A stretch of 64,000 nucleotides of DNA from assembly GCF_009914755.1 (NCBI RefSeq), contig NC_060925.1. One strand, written 5' to 3'. The DNA is from the human T2T-CHM13v2.0 reference genome, Homo sapiens. Shown piece after piece: positions 29,890-43,826 of the stretch. The translations under genes were made by a program, and so were the position numbers. Below the pieces are notes generated by a model that saw nothing but the letters and a program-made list of their open reading frames with translations, had not been told where the DNA came from and ran no database searches. How positions within the stretch are numbered: the stretch's first letter is position 1; the number at the start of each line of letters is the position of its first letter.

Positions 29890-32301
29890 TATATGCTCAC
29901 TCCTTCCAATCTACACTTTCCTCTACCTGGTTCTTCAGGTCCCAGTTCAGAAATAGTTCTCGTCCCTGAGCCAGAGGTTACCTTGCTTTAGTTCCTGGTC
30001 AAAAAGTGATGTGCCCTACCCTCACTGGTCTCATATCTTTGAAAAAGCTACACATCCACATAAGGACAGAGCACAGCCTGTTGCTTTTCTGAATTGGAGG
30101 ACATGCTGCTACCTCTGCTGTGGAGCCCAGGCATGGAGGTCTTCTGGTCCTGTCTGTCTGCAGAAGCTGCTCTGCTGCCACTGCCTGCTCCAGACCAAGC
30201 ACCCAGGTCTCAGGCTTCAGCCCATTCATTGCTTTATGCTTCTCTCTTGTTTGGATCTAGGGAGATATATATCTTGCTTTGGAGCCCTGCTGTTTCTTTT
30301 TGCTTTTTTGAAGATATATTTTCTGTGTGTTTGGAGAAGAAATAGTTCATCAAAGCAAAAACTTTTAGCACTATTCTGACCTGAACTCTTTAGTTCTCTT
30401 TATGGAAGAGTTTAAAAAAAAAAAAAAAAAAAGAGTAGGAGTTAGCTAGATAGAGAAGGCCTTTGAGAGGAAATTGCAGATGAAAGGAAGAGTTTGTGTG
30501 AATGCACAGAGACCAGAATAAGAAGGTTTTTGGAAATGCAAAACACTTCGGTATGACAGTAGCAAAGAAGGCATATAGGGAGAGGGGCAGCAAAAAACCC
30601 TAGAGGGTAGGAGCAGTATGACGCAGAAGGTTTTTGTGCCTCCCACAGCCCAGCAACTGCCACTTCTCTAAAACATACAGGAAAGACCCGAAGAACTGCA
30701 CAATGAAGAAGAGAAAGAAGGCAAAAGCAAACATAATAACTCTATAGAGAACATCACAGATTTCAAAACATAATCACATCAATTAAATAAGGTGAATGGT
30801 GCTGATGTCATCATGGCCATTCAAGAAACAAGAAAACTGAGACTCAAGGAGTTTAAGTGATGAACTAGAATTGAAACCCTAATCCTCCTTTGCCTAGTCT
30901 CTTGTTCTTTTTGTCAGTTACAATTCAGAGTGTATATACATACAGCAGAAAGACTGCCCACCATGAACATACCTTAGCCAAGGCAATAAAATAAAAAACA
31001 GTTTGCATAGAAACACATTTTTTGGTGAATTCCTTGAATCCACTTTTGTGTCTCTTCCTCTACTTGTCTCTCATTCTATGCTCTGGATTGAAATTCATAT
31101 AATCCATTATACTTGTTTACTTTATGATACAAAAGGCTGAAAAGGCTCAATGTTCTATCTACTCCTCCAAAATTGGCATTTTCACTAGAACAAAGAAAAT
31201 AAATTTCAATGGTACAAGTTCTGATAATACTAGCCTACAGAGGGTTTACATTTGAGCAAAAGCTCCTCACCAATGTTCTCCAAGTCACGGGACCCAGACA
31301 ACTTTGTGTTCTTACATATGAGGACTAACTTGCCTTAGCAATAGTGAAGATTTGAACCTAATTAACTTATAATGAACTCAATTATAAGTGCCTCAAATTA
31401 GAAGTTAGTAGCTCTCTTAACTAAACTACTTACTGAAGTTTTACATGTAGTTCTGTTAATGGTCACCCATTTACTCAACAAATACTCCAAATTAATAGGT
31501 TAATAAATTTACTATAACATGAAAATATTATTTAAGGGCTGACGTAGAGCTAGAAAATGTAATTTCCCCCCAGCTTCTACAACTGAAGAAATGTAATTAT
31601 TGATCAATCAACACTTATTTCTGAAATTCAATAACACCACTAACCTACTAAAAAAGCAGAATAGTGAAGAGGCTAAGACCAGTTCTTTCAGATCACAGAC
31701 TTAACCTAGTTTTGCAGAATTTGTACTTCATTGTTCTTTCTATTCTCTGATATCAACTTAAGTTCTATTTGAGTAATTATATAGTTATCTTTCCTCCCTC
31801 AAAGGATAGTTTGAAAAACCTATATTCTCATACTCCTAGTGTGTCTATACCATCCCTAAAAACTGCTTTTATAATTCTTACATATCTGGGCAAATGGAGA
31901 GGGAGGTTTTTAGTAACTTCACTTAGTAAGATGTTCCCATCGTCATAAGAGAGCAATTTGAAAGCTTCCACGTAAAATATGTCTTCTCCCTATTTTCTCA
32001 TCCATAATACAAAGAGAAATGTGACTTTAATTCAACAGTAAGTCATGATCTTTTATTATTCCTCCACATTCTTAAAGAGTAATAAATACTATGTTCCTTC
32101 CCTATAATGATAGAAAAAATCCAATTCCTAAAGGTATACCTTTAAGCAAAGTAATCACTGCTGCTATTTTCCTCTGATATTAATGAACAATAATCCAACC
32201 CAGAACTAAATTGGAGCTTAGCAAATGCATGCTTATCATATAAGTAATACTTTGGTATAAGTTTATAAGAGTGTATTTCAAACTGAAAATGCTTCACCTA
32301 A

Positions 32302-32550
<249 letters not shown>

Positions 32551-34649
32551 TAGCACTTGAGCACTAACTACAAGGAAAACAAAACTAGAAGGGTAATTTA
32601 TCAAACCATGATTCGTGACAGTAGATATTTAATTCAATTCTGCTCTTTCCTATATATTTCTGTGGCTGGATGATTGAAATGTGTAACTGCACTTTTCTGA
32701 AAATACCAGGTTGGTTATTGCTTTAAGTTCTTGAACCTAGGAAGAAAGTTCTATTTGAGTAATTCTATAGTTATCATTCCTCCCTGAAAGGATAGTTTTA
32801 ATAATCTGAAAACACCAGGTTATTGCTTTAAGTTCTTGGACCTAGGAAGAAATGCCTGGGCTAAGCAAAGAAGTGGGATGTATGTAACTTGTTGCTATGT
32901 ATAGGGCAAATCCAGCTCCCACACACAGCTCTGTTTTGACTCTGGAGCAGGAATATGATCCTATTTTACAGCGGCTGCACCAGCGTACCGAGTCAATGCC
33001 CCTTTTCTGCAGTGAGGAAATTTGGGCCCATGCCATTCTGATAACGAGTCACTACTCAGTAGGAAAAGTGCTGACACCTTCACCAGCCTTTGCCTCTCGA
33101 CGAAGACCAATGGAGAGTGAGGATAGAGTCCCAGTGCTGATGCCAACAGATTTGTTGCTGATTTTTCTTGTGGCCTCTTAGAAAGACATGCCTACTAAAG
33201 AAACAAGGGGCCCTGCTAGACATCTAGGTTGAGCACTTTTTATATGCATACCTTTAGGCTTCAGGATAAAAATGCATTATATTAATAGTAGGTCCTCCTT
33301 CTAGAAGCCAAAATGAGTGAATTTCCTAAGCATTTTCCCACTGGCCAGCTGCTCTGAGTTCCTGTGGGATTAATTAAGGCAGGGAAGAGGTTGGTGCTAT
33401 CTCTGCTGGTGGAGAATGTAATTATTTTTGACATTCAGTGTTTTTATTTCCTGGATTAGGAGTGAACTAGCACTTCATACTTGATAAAGAACTTTCCACA
33501 TTATAAAACAGGACTTAGTTTTAGTTGTAAACACCTATTCTCTGTTTTACCTCCTCTAAAAGGAACATAATAATGACTATAAGCAAATTTTCTCTCAGTG
33601 CCCCAATTTGCATATTTGATTACTAGGCTTAGCATTTCCATCCCATTTATCATCATAGTCACTAAGGACTCAAATAGTAAGGCAAAGAAGAAAAAGAAAA
33701 AGAAGACAGAAAAATCAAGATTTCTTCCCAATTTTGTATCATTCTGATAGCACCTCTGTTTGCAAAAATATAAAGCTCTGTGTATTGTTCAATCACCAAA
33801 ACTGCAGACACTTACTGCAACCATGAACTTGACATCAGAATTACATGAAGCTTATGTCTAGGATTTTAATTCATTCTTTGATTCAAATGAAGCAACCATC
33901 AGTCCTCTAAATCCCAATGACAGTAGCACCACGTTCTAGAAATGCTTTGTATTTTGTTGCTGCTGTCACTGTTGTTATCATTATTACTTTTATTAAGACA
34001 ACTACCATTACAATCATCTATTTTTTTCATTTGATCTGCACAGCCACCATATGAGGTAGTAATTATTTTTTCTATTTTATAAATGGAGAAACTGAATCTC
34101 AAACAGCCCAGCTGACTAGTGGCAGGACACAAGGTTAAAACATAGAACTGAGATTCAATATCAGAGCTTCTAACTCTGGACTCCACATTCTTTCTCAGCA
34201 CTGCATCATTTCTATAGCAGCAGTGTAACTAGCCAAAAAGTAGAAGATTGCCAGTTTTCCATAAGCATATCAAGATTTGTTGACGTCCATTCTGAATGAA
34301 GTCAGTTACTGTCACTGTAATGAAAAGGATCTACCAAAAGGTCCAAGTATGATTTGACTATCTGGTTACCATATTCTGCTCACATTTCCATGTTAAGGTA
34401 TCTGAACTGAGAAATACAACCAGATGAGCCATCTCAGTCCGTATTTACACATGAACAGGTTTTATCTTAAAATTTAAACACTTCAGAGAGTGTTTAGTAA
34501 CTCCTGTAGAAACTTCTCCTAAAGTTGAGAATTCTTTGGAGAAACTTGAGAAACTCAATGCAAAATCTGCCTTATTAACTTAATCTTTACATCGATAAAA
34601 TCAGGAAGAAATTTCAGTTTTGCTTGAGCCACAGGAATGCTCTGAGATT

Positions 34650-34833
34650 CTTTTTTTTTTTTTTAATCTTAATTTTTATTTTTTTGAGAAGGAGTCTCGC
34701 TCTGTCGCCCAGGCTAGAGTGCAATGGCATGACCTCGGCTCACTGCAACCTCCCTCCGGGGTTCAAGTGATTCTCCTGCCTCAGCCTCTCGAGTAGCTGG
34801 GATTACAGGCACCCACCACCATGCCCGGCTAAT
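34650..34833 (-). mobile_element. 5'-truncated Alu (right arm)
   Basis: TSD tgagattctt. Confidence 0.92.
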
Positions 34834-35469
34834 TGAGATTCTTATTAATATTTCTAGACATTACACTAAAACAGAGCTGCAGTTAATTTTGATACTTACA
34901 TCATACTTAGAAAAATGCAAGTAAAGCATACCTGCTCCTCATCTACTTCTACTTTACAGTGGTGATTTAGAAATTAATCTTATTTTTATATTGATGTTGC
35001 AAGCACTGGCTTGTGATCATTCTCATTTGTTACATTTAATAAGACCATGTTTACAGAGTGCTTTATCAATTTATTGGTTGAAAGGGGCTCTCTAACAATA
35101 AATTTCCACCACTAAGAGGAGGCTAACCTTCAGCAGAAAGCTGGTCATCACCACTATTGCTGTGCAACAGATGGAGAGGCATGCTGCAGGCACAATAAAA
35201 GAGAGAAGTGGACTATGAAATATAGGAAAATGAGGTTCACTAAAAAGGATATCAATGAAGTCCAAATGGCCTGCACTTGAAAAATAATCCAGTCCAAAAT
35301 GAATGCTTTTCTGTGGCTGAATCGTATGTGCTTTATCTGTCAAAAATGTTCTAGAATAAATGAAAATATTCTCACCTCATTACATTTCCTAGGCATTGAT
35401 TGATATTGCTAATCTCACTGTTTGGCTGTTTCCAAACCCAACTGCTTGGCTGAAACCCTTTGTGATTAG

Positions 35470-35730
<261 letters not shown>

Positions 35731-36265
35731 TAAATCATTGAGTGATTAAGCAAATGTAGCGGCACATACGATGAGACCATACATTAGAATGATTTTTAAG
35801 CTTCCATGAGTACGTGAAAAACAAGCGTTTTAATTAAGCCAGTTCAGACTGCTTGCCATCAACCCACATGCTCAATTGAATAAACACAGCTAGTTTTCAC
35901 AATCAAAATAGGAATTTTAAAGGAAATATATCAAGAAGACAGAACTAGTCTGCATTTTGATTTTTTTAAAGGAGTACGGGAAGAGGATTTATGTTAAGAA
36001 GGAAGGGGAATAAATTTATAGGTGTTTACTGTAACCCCTGTAGATTCAGAATACGTACCAAGAGCTTTAAGTCTCTGTGATCTGCTTTAATCTTCACAAC
36101 AGTTCTCTGTGAACAGATAAAGAGTTTTTATTTTAAAGATGAGGAAATCAGGGCTTAGAGAGATCAAGCAACATAGCTGGCATAAGCATGACGGCTGGAA
36201 TATGAACCCAAGTTTTTCTGATGTAAGCACCCATGCCCTTTCTGCTGCATTTCCTCCAGCCCAGC

Positions 36266-36813
36266 TGCCAGAGGCATTTGAACCACAGCAACTCCATCTT
36301 GAATGAGGCTGGGTAAAATGAGGCTGAGAGCTACTGGGCTGCATTCCCAGATGGTTAGGCATTCTAAGTCACAGAGTGAGACAGGAGGTTGGCACAAGAT
36401 ACAGGTCATAAAGACCTTGCTGATAAAACGAGTTGCAGTAAAGAAGCCAGCCAAAACCCACCAAAACCAAGATGGCGACGAGAGTGACCTCTGGTCATCC
36501 TCACTGCTACACTCCCACCAGCACCATGACAGTTTACAAATGTCATGGCAACGTCGGGAAGTTACCCTACATTGTCTAAATAGGGGAGGCATGAATAATT
36601 CACCCCTTGTTTAGCATGTCATCAAGAAGTAACCATAAAAATGGGCAACCAGCAGCCCTAAGGGGTTGTTTATGGAGTAGCCATTCTTTGTTCCTTTCCT
36701 TTCTTCATAAACTTGCTTTCGCTTTACTCTGTGGACTTGCCTTGAATTCTTTCTTGTGTGAGATCCAAGAACCCTCTCTTGGGAGTCTGGATCAGGACCC
36801 CTTTCCCATAACA
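36266..36813 (+). mobile_element. MER41A ERV1 solo LTR, sense to the gene
   Basis: TG..CA termini; gcaactccatcttgaat, aaccaagatggcgacgagagtgacctctgg, gagatccaagaaccctctctt motifs; TSD cagc/cggc. Confidence 0.92.
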
Positions 36814-38392
36814 CGGCCATCACAGCATTTCCTAGAGGCCAGGGGTCCTGGCCATGCTAACCGTGTCCATCATTACGGCCACTGAAGTCATCCGGCAGTG
36901 ATGGCTGGAGGTGTTTGCTTCAGGTGTTGGTCCTTTCATTTCATGCATGCCCTCCAAAAGGAGACGTGTGGACTAGCAGACAGCATTCCTCTGGGGACCC
37001 TTCAAATTACCTCTCAGTCTCTGACTTCTGTGATCGTTTGCTGGAGATTTTCTCAAGTGAGAATCTCCTGAGTTCATTGTATTAGTGCATTTCTGGTAAT
37101 GCCTAAAGAGAGAGGTAGAGGAAAACGAAAGCTGAAACCTGTCCTGCTTTTGTGCAATCAGTATTTTGTGCAGTCACCTCTTATGGGGAAAATGTCATCC
37201 CTGTGTGGGAAAAAAGAGTGGGAGGACCACATGAAGGTGAGTTTTCATGCCAGGTTGGTTGGAGAGGGATCACACTGCAGGCCAGGAGATGGGTGACCCC
37301 TGAGACCCATTCATGCAATGACCCACATTTCTCTTTCTCCCTTAAGAACCCTGTCTATAATCAGGGACACGCAGAGGTTAAAAGTACGGACTCTAGGGCC
37401 AGACTGACTTCACTCAAATCCCAGCTCTACCACTTCCCGGCAAGTGGCCCTTCATTATCAGGCCCCCAGACTATCTCATCAGCTCCATCCCCTCCGCACT
37501 CCCCCTCTTACCCAGCTAAAGTGGCTTGCTTTCCATTTCCTGGAGGAAAGATGAACTTTCTCACCCCTGGCACTTTGCATATGCTGTCCTCTCCGCCACA
37601 ATACCTAGAGTGCAATCATTCTGTGTTGCCAGTTCAGTGCTGTCACTAACTGGCAGTGCAATTTACATCTGAACATGGCAACTCCATGAAGGAGAGACTT
37701 AGACAGAAAATCTGCAGGTCTAAGGCCTCTACTGTGTTTCCAGAGAGAGATAATGATGACTCTTGAGTCTTGACATGTCTCTAGAATTTCTGATTACACC
37801 CATCCTAATTACACAGATGGCCTCCTCTGAGGTCAGTCTCTTTCTCTCTGTCTCTCTCTTTCTCTTTGTGTATGTGTCTCTCCCTCCCATTCTCTCTCTC
37901 ACTGGGCCCATGTCTCTAGTCAGAACATTCCTAGGAAAGGTCGGTGAGCTCTTTCCTCAGGGTTCTTCTCTCAGGTCCCATGCTATTAACCACAGATCCT
38001 GTCCCATGATCCCTGGATAACTAGGATGAGTGTCACCAGGGAATAAATCCAGTTCATATTTCTTTTGTCTGCTGAGCTTGCAATTGTTCCATTTCTAACC
38101 TTGCTTCAGGCTTACAGTACCAACTGACCACTTCTTCCATGGCCAGGGGCTGCCTGGAATAGAGTCCCTGCCTGTCTCAGCCCCTACATTTGCAGCAGAC
38201 ACAGTAACTATTAAATGCACTTTATCTTTTAGAACTTTCTTTGATCAAACCAACATTCAGGGCAGAGCGCTAGGAAATGTGTTAGATGTACAGAGTTCCA
38301 TTTTTGAGGCTGTTTTGAATATGGTGTAATTCTGATGAGAATTGAAGGGCTTCTTCAAACGGATTACTTGATATTTTCGTTCTTTCCCATAG

Positions 38393-38551
<159 letters not shown>

Positions 38552-39607
38552 TAGTGTCCTGAGAATTTCCGCCAAAAACTCTTTCGTTCTTTAGGGTAGA
38601 AGGAGAGCATGAAGCAGGCTGGACTATGTCTGGGTGCCAGTGAAATTCCTGTGCCTGGGTGAATAGTGGTAGAGTCCCTTATCTAACAGGCATCAATGTC
38701 TTGATATGATGTTAAAAATAATTCCTCACATTGCATTTACATAGTTGCTTTAACAGTTTGCAGAAGTCTTTTGCATATGACATCTCATCTAATCTGTGTT
38801 GCACTGACTCATCCTATCTTTCCACTTTTGGGTACCATCAGCCAAGAGACAGACATCAGATTCAGTGCTTGCTAACAATAATTTTACCGACAGTAGATTT
38901 CTGGACCAGACAAAACATCCAGCCAACTTTGTCACATTACTCCTATATTGGAATTCTATATTGGCATTGTTCATATGTCTAGCCTTCGTGAGGGCATGTT
39001 CCATGCCAAACTTGAGAGGATGCCAGGCCCAGGTTGGGCTAGGCCGTTTGGTGTGCCTTACGCTATGGAGCACTGGTAGGACTTCCAGGAACTGAAGAGC
39101 TACAGACTGCCCTGCCTTTCACCCCACTCACGACATACTAAATGAAAGAACTGCTTTATCTAGACCATATGACTGATTGCATGAGCTACTCTGAATATAT
39201 TTACCCTAGGCCTATACGCATAAGCCAGTTGATGACTCGAGTGAGCATCCTGATGTGTGAAAGTCTCACTTTTAAAAGTGTGAGCAGATGACAACAGCAC
39301 GTGAAATAAAATCATGAATGCTGAGTTGATGGGGTATGAATAAATGCAACTGCCCTTCACGTGGATCGGTTCTTGAGAAAGCAGTCTTAACTGTTCCATA
39401 AGCACACCCTGCATAGACATGAAATGTGGTTGTTGAGATTCTGAGCAATGTACACAATTATTATCAGGCAGAAGCATTAAGCAATTCAATATATGACTGA
39501 CAATAGTATTGTTTATATGCAAGCAAGCCATATTTTACATTGTTAGTTCTAGAACCTAGAATTCTTTCAGATATTGAGTTTGTCCTCCTCAAAGGTACAT
39601 ACGTTAA

Positions 39608-39763
<156 letters not shown>

Positions 39764-40470
39764 TGACAGAGATCCAGGACACCCTGGGAAGTGAGATTCT
39801 GACTCCCAGAGAAGTTCAAACCACAAGCCACTGGTCTCCTCGCATTACTACCCACCCATCACCTGGGAAAAGCTGAGGAGTACGTCTCTCTGCTCTCAGC
39901 TCCACTAAATCTGACTGCCCAAGTCCCAAGGTAGCAGGAAATCTGGACAAGGAGATTGTCCTCTGCATAACCCAGCAATGTATGAGAACACGATAATGTC
40001 TTTTAATTGTTTGTGTGACTGTTTTCCTATAATGCCACAGAGTCCTTGAGGGTAGGCACTATGATTATTCATTAAATATCCCCAGCTCCTACCACAGTGC
40101 TGGGTATATAGGGAGTATTTAATCAATGTTTAATGATGTTCCAACAAATACTGGGGGTGTGAGTGTTGCTGATGGGGAGAACCTGGTGTAGGGGAAGGAA
40201 AATAGTGCAGTGAAAACACTCTGGGTGTCGAGCAGGATTCGAGCTGAGGGATAAGAAATGGGGTAGGGTTAAAGGAGGAGAGGAAAAGACCTGTGGTTCA
40301 CTGGAGTCTGAATCTGAGGTGACCACTATAAAAGCTCATGTGAGAAGAGAATTCTCTACTCTGAGCAATGACCTAGAAATAGGCATTCCACAACTGTACT
40401 GTTTATCATCCCTCTGGCCCCTTCTTCCAGGTCCCCCAAAGCAAATGAATGAAGTTAACAATAAAGAAAG

Positions 40471-42622
40471 TGTCTCCATCCATTTGAGCTGCTACAACGG
40501 AATACCATAGAGTGGGTGGTGTTTTAAAAAAAAAAGTTTATAGCAGATTTATTGATAATAACCAAAAACTGAAAAAAAAAATTTTTCAACAGATGACTGG
40601 TTAGACAAACTGCAGTAGAACAATACAGTGGAATACTGTAGTTATTACAAGTAATACAAAGAAACAAGCTAGTTATATTTGCATCAGTTTGAATGAATCT
40701 GAAAGGCACTAACAAAAGACAAAAGCCAATCTTAAAAGGTCACGTATTCCATTTCAGTTCTTTTTTTTTTTTTTGTGATGGAGTCTTGCTTTGTCACCCA
40801 GGCTGGAGTGCAGGGGCGCAGGGTCTCGGCTCACTGCAACCTCCGCCTCCTGGGTTCAAGTGATTCTCCTGCCTCAGCCTTCTGAGTAGCTGGGACTACA
40901 GATGCCTGCCACCATGCCCAGCTAATTTTTGTATTTTTAGTAGAGACAGGGTTTTGCTATGTTGCCCAGGCTGGTCTCGGAACTCCTGACCTCAAATGAT
41001 CTGCCCGCTTTGGCATCCCAAAGTGCTGGGATTACAGGCGTGAGCCACCGCACCCAGCCAATAACATTCTTAAAATAACAAAGTAAGATGTCTTCAAAAT
41101 GACAAACTTTTAGATAAGTAAAACAGAACAGCTTAGTGATTACCAAATAGTGACGGCGGGGGTGGTGGTGACTATGAAGGTTAGCACAAGGAAGTTCCTG
41201 TGGATTGATGGAACATTTCTGTATATTGGTTGTGCAAATTTATACACACGGTAAAATTGTGAAGAACTAAACGCATACACACACGAGTGCACGTAAAAAA
41301 CTGGTAAAATCTGGACAAGGTCTGTAGTCTAGTTAATGGGATTTTCTAATGTCAATTTGCTTGTTTTAGGATTATACCGTAGTCACATGGGCTGTAAGCA
41401 ATGGGGGAAGTTGGGAAAAGGTACACAGGACTCTACTATTTTTGCAACTTTCTGTTTCTTTTTATTTTTCAAAGTTCAAAATAATGTAGAAAGTTAACAA
41501 ATTTTGCCAAACACTGAAACACTGATACAAATCTTTAAATTTGTACATTAGTTGAGGTCTCAAATGTCGTGTATCAGATTAATTAAAATGCTTTAAGCAC
41601 TATCAGAATTGGAGCTGACAGTGTCTCCTTGGTATGTAATAAGATGGAAAGAGTGTTGGGCCCATACTGACATCTAGAAAAAAAGCAAGCTGATCTATGA
41701 AATCAGAACTTTTCTTGAACCTATGCGAGAATCGATGTTGCAGGCAAATAGCCTGAAATCGAAGGAAAGACACAGGAAGGAAAGACTTCCTGGGAAAGAC
41801 AGGCACTTCCGCGGAAGGCAGGACACAATTACTGTCTTACCTAGGGCAGTGATGAGAAGGAAATTGGGCTGGCATTCAGGTGGGTGAGAATGTAGTCAAA
41901 TTTGTAAGAATTGCTGAGATCTGAGTGTAGGATAGCATGAGAGTACAGCGCTTCTAAAAGCCAGAAACACAAAGGGACTGTGCGTCCATTCCCATGCTCC
42001 TCACAGAGCTCGTCACATGTCACACAGTGCTGGCCTCCCTCATGGTGCAGATGTTGGGGAGAGGAACAGCCAACACTGTGGAGCCACAGAAAGTCCCACC
42101 AGCATCCGTCTTACCGACAAAGCAAAAGCCTAAGCCACTGAGGGAAGGGCAGCAAACCCTCCTGCTGATACTGTAGATGAAGACCTATTGTAAGGGAGAA
42201 AAAGCTGAGCAAATTCTTCTCTACCTCTTGAGGGGAGATAGGAAAACCTCCTGGGCTCAGACCATTTGACATGCCTTACCACTCAGGGCAGGAGGACTGG
42301 GGGTTTTTCAACAACAGAAATTGATTTCTCTCAGTTCCGGAGGCTGGGAAGTTCGAGATCAAGGCGCTGGCAGATCTGGTGTCTGGCAAGGGCCCGCCTC
42401 CTGGTTTATAGATGGTGCCTTCTCATTGTGTTCTCACATGACAAAGGGGCAAGGCAGATCCTTGGGGCCCATTTTGTTACTTACTTTTCTTTTTTTGTCT
42501 GAGCCACAGCAGATCTCAATTTGGGGCCTTTTTTATAAAGGCACTAATCCCATTCATGAGGGTTCTACCCCCATGACCTAATGATCTCCAAACACCATCA
42601 CGTTGAGGATTAGGTTTCAAAC
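40471..42622 (-). mobile_element. MLT1A-like LTR in two pieces (40471-40525 and 42295-42622)
   Basis: gagctgctacaacggaataccatagagtgggtgg continues as aacaacagaaattgatttctctcagttccggaggctgggaag about 1.8 kb later. Confidence 0.75.
40761..41059 (-). mobile_element. AluS inside an L1M 3' remnant
   Basis: Full reverse dimer. Confidence 0.95.
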
Positions 42623-42656
42623 AGAAAGTATAATTTTAAGTGTAAGAAAAACACTT

Positions 42657-42990
42657 GGCCGGGCACGGTGGCTCCTGCCTGTAATCCCAGCACTTTGGGA
42701 GGCCGAGGAGGGCAGATCATGAGGTCAGGAGATCGAGACCATCCTGGCTAACATGGTGAAACCTCGTATCTACTGGAAATACAGAAAAATTAGCCGGGTG
42801 TGGTGGTGGGCGCCTGCAGTCCCAGCTACTCTGGAGGCTGAGGCAGGAGAATGGTGTGAACCCAGGAGGCGGAGCTTGCAGTGAGCCGAGATCGCCACTG
42901 CACTCCAGCCTGGGTGACAGAGTGAGACTCTTGTCTTAAAAAAAAAAAAAAGAAAGAAAGAAAGAAAAAGAAAAGAAAAGAAAAGAAAAA
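42657..42990 (+). mobile_element. AluY
   Basis: gagatcgagaccatcctggctaac and gcggagcttgcagtgag diagnostics; TSD aagaaaaacact. Confidence 0.93.
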
Positions 42991-43505
42991 CACTCGACAC
43001 TTTTCTTTCACTTTCCTCCCACGTAACCAACAAAACCACTCCAAGCTTGGCAGTTTCTTACCGGCTGGGATTCCCTCCAACTTTTTATTATCTAATAAGA
43101 GCTAAAGTCCTAAAACATGTCTGCACATTAGGAAATGTGACAGATTACTGGAATGATCTTTCACTGTGAATAATAGTCGTGGCATGGTAGCGAATATTCC
43201 CATGTTCGGGACTGGGTGTTTAGCACACTGAGAAGCGTTGGGAGAATAACAACAGAAGAGACTCACTTTAGAGCAAAAGCTTAGTAGGAGAGCCTGAGGG
43301 TAGATTTCAAGGCGTTGCCTGGTCCTGTTTATTTATTTATTTTTTTCAGCCTGTGACAAATCAAGGCATACAGGAATAAATTTCATGCACAGCAAGCCTG
43401 GGAAGACTCACCCATCTGAGTAGGGAATAAATATAGGATAAATTGTTGGCAGAAAGCTTTCGATCGGATGAATTTTCTCTGAGCGAAAAGCCAAGCTTTC
43501 TCTAA

Positions 43506-43826
<321 letters not shown>

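Noticed and set aside
29999-30379. Overlapping 76-122 aa ORFs
   Set aside because: No domain signature and no phase-compatible splice sites found; exons 2 and 3 already join into a complete WD repeat.
32897-33181. 94-aa ORF as a nested gene or extra exon
   Set aside because: No recognisable homology; exon 3 joins exon 4 in phase without it.
36266-36813. Interferon-gamma/STAT1 enhancer of the MER41B type
   Set aside because: The sequence follows MER41A, and I do not see the tandem TTCnnnGAA GAS segment that characterises MER41B.
39229-39256. TGATGA...CTGA as a C/D snoRNA
   Set aside because: The boxes are only ~15 nt apart and there is no terminal stem.
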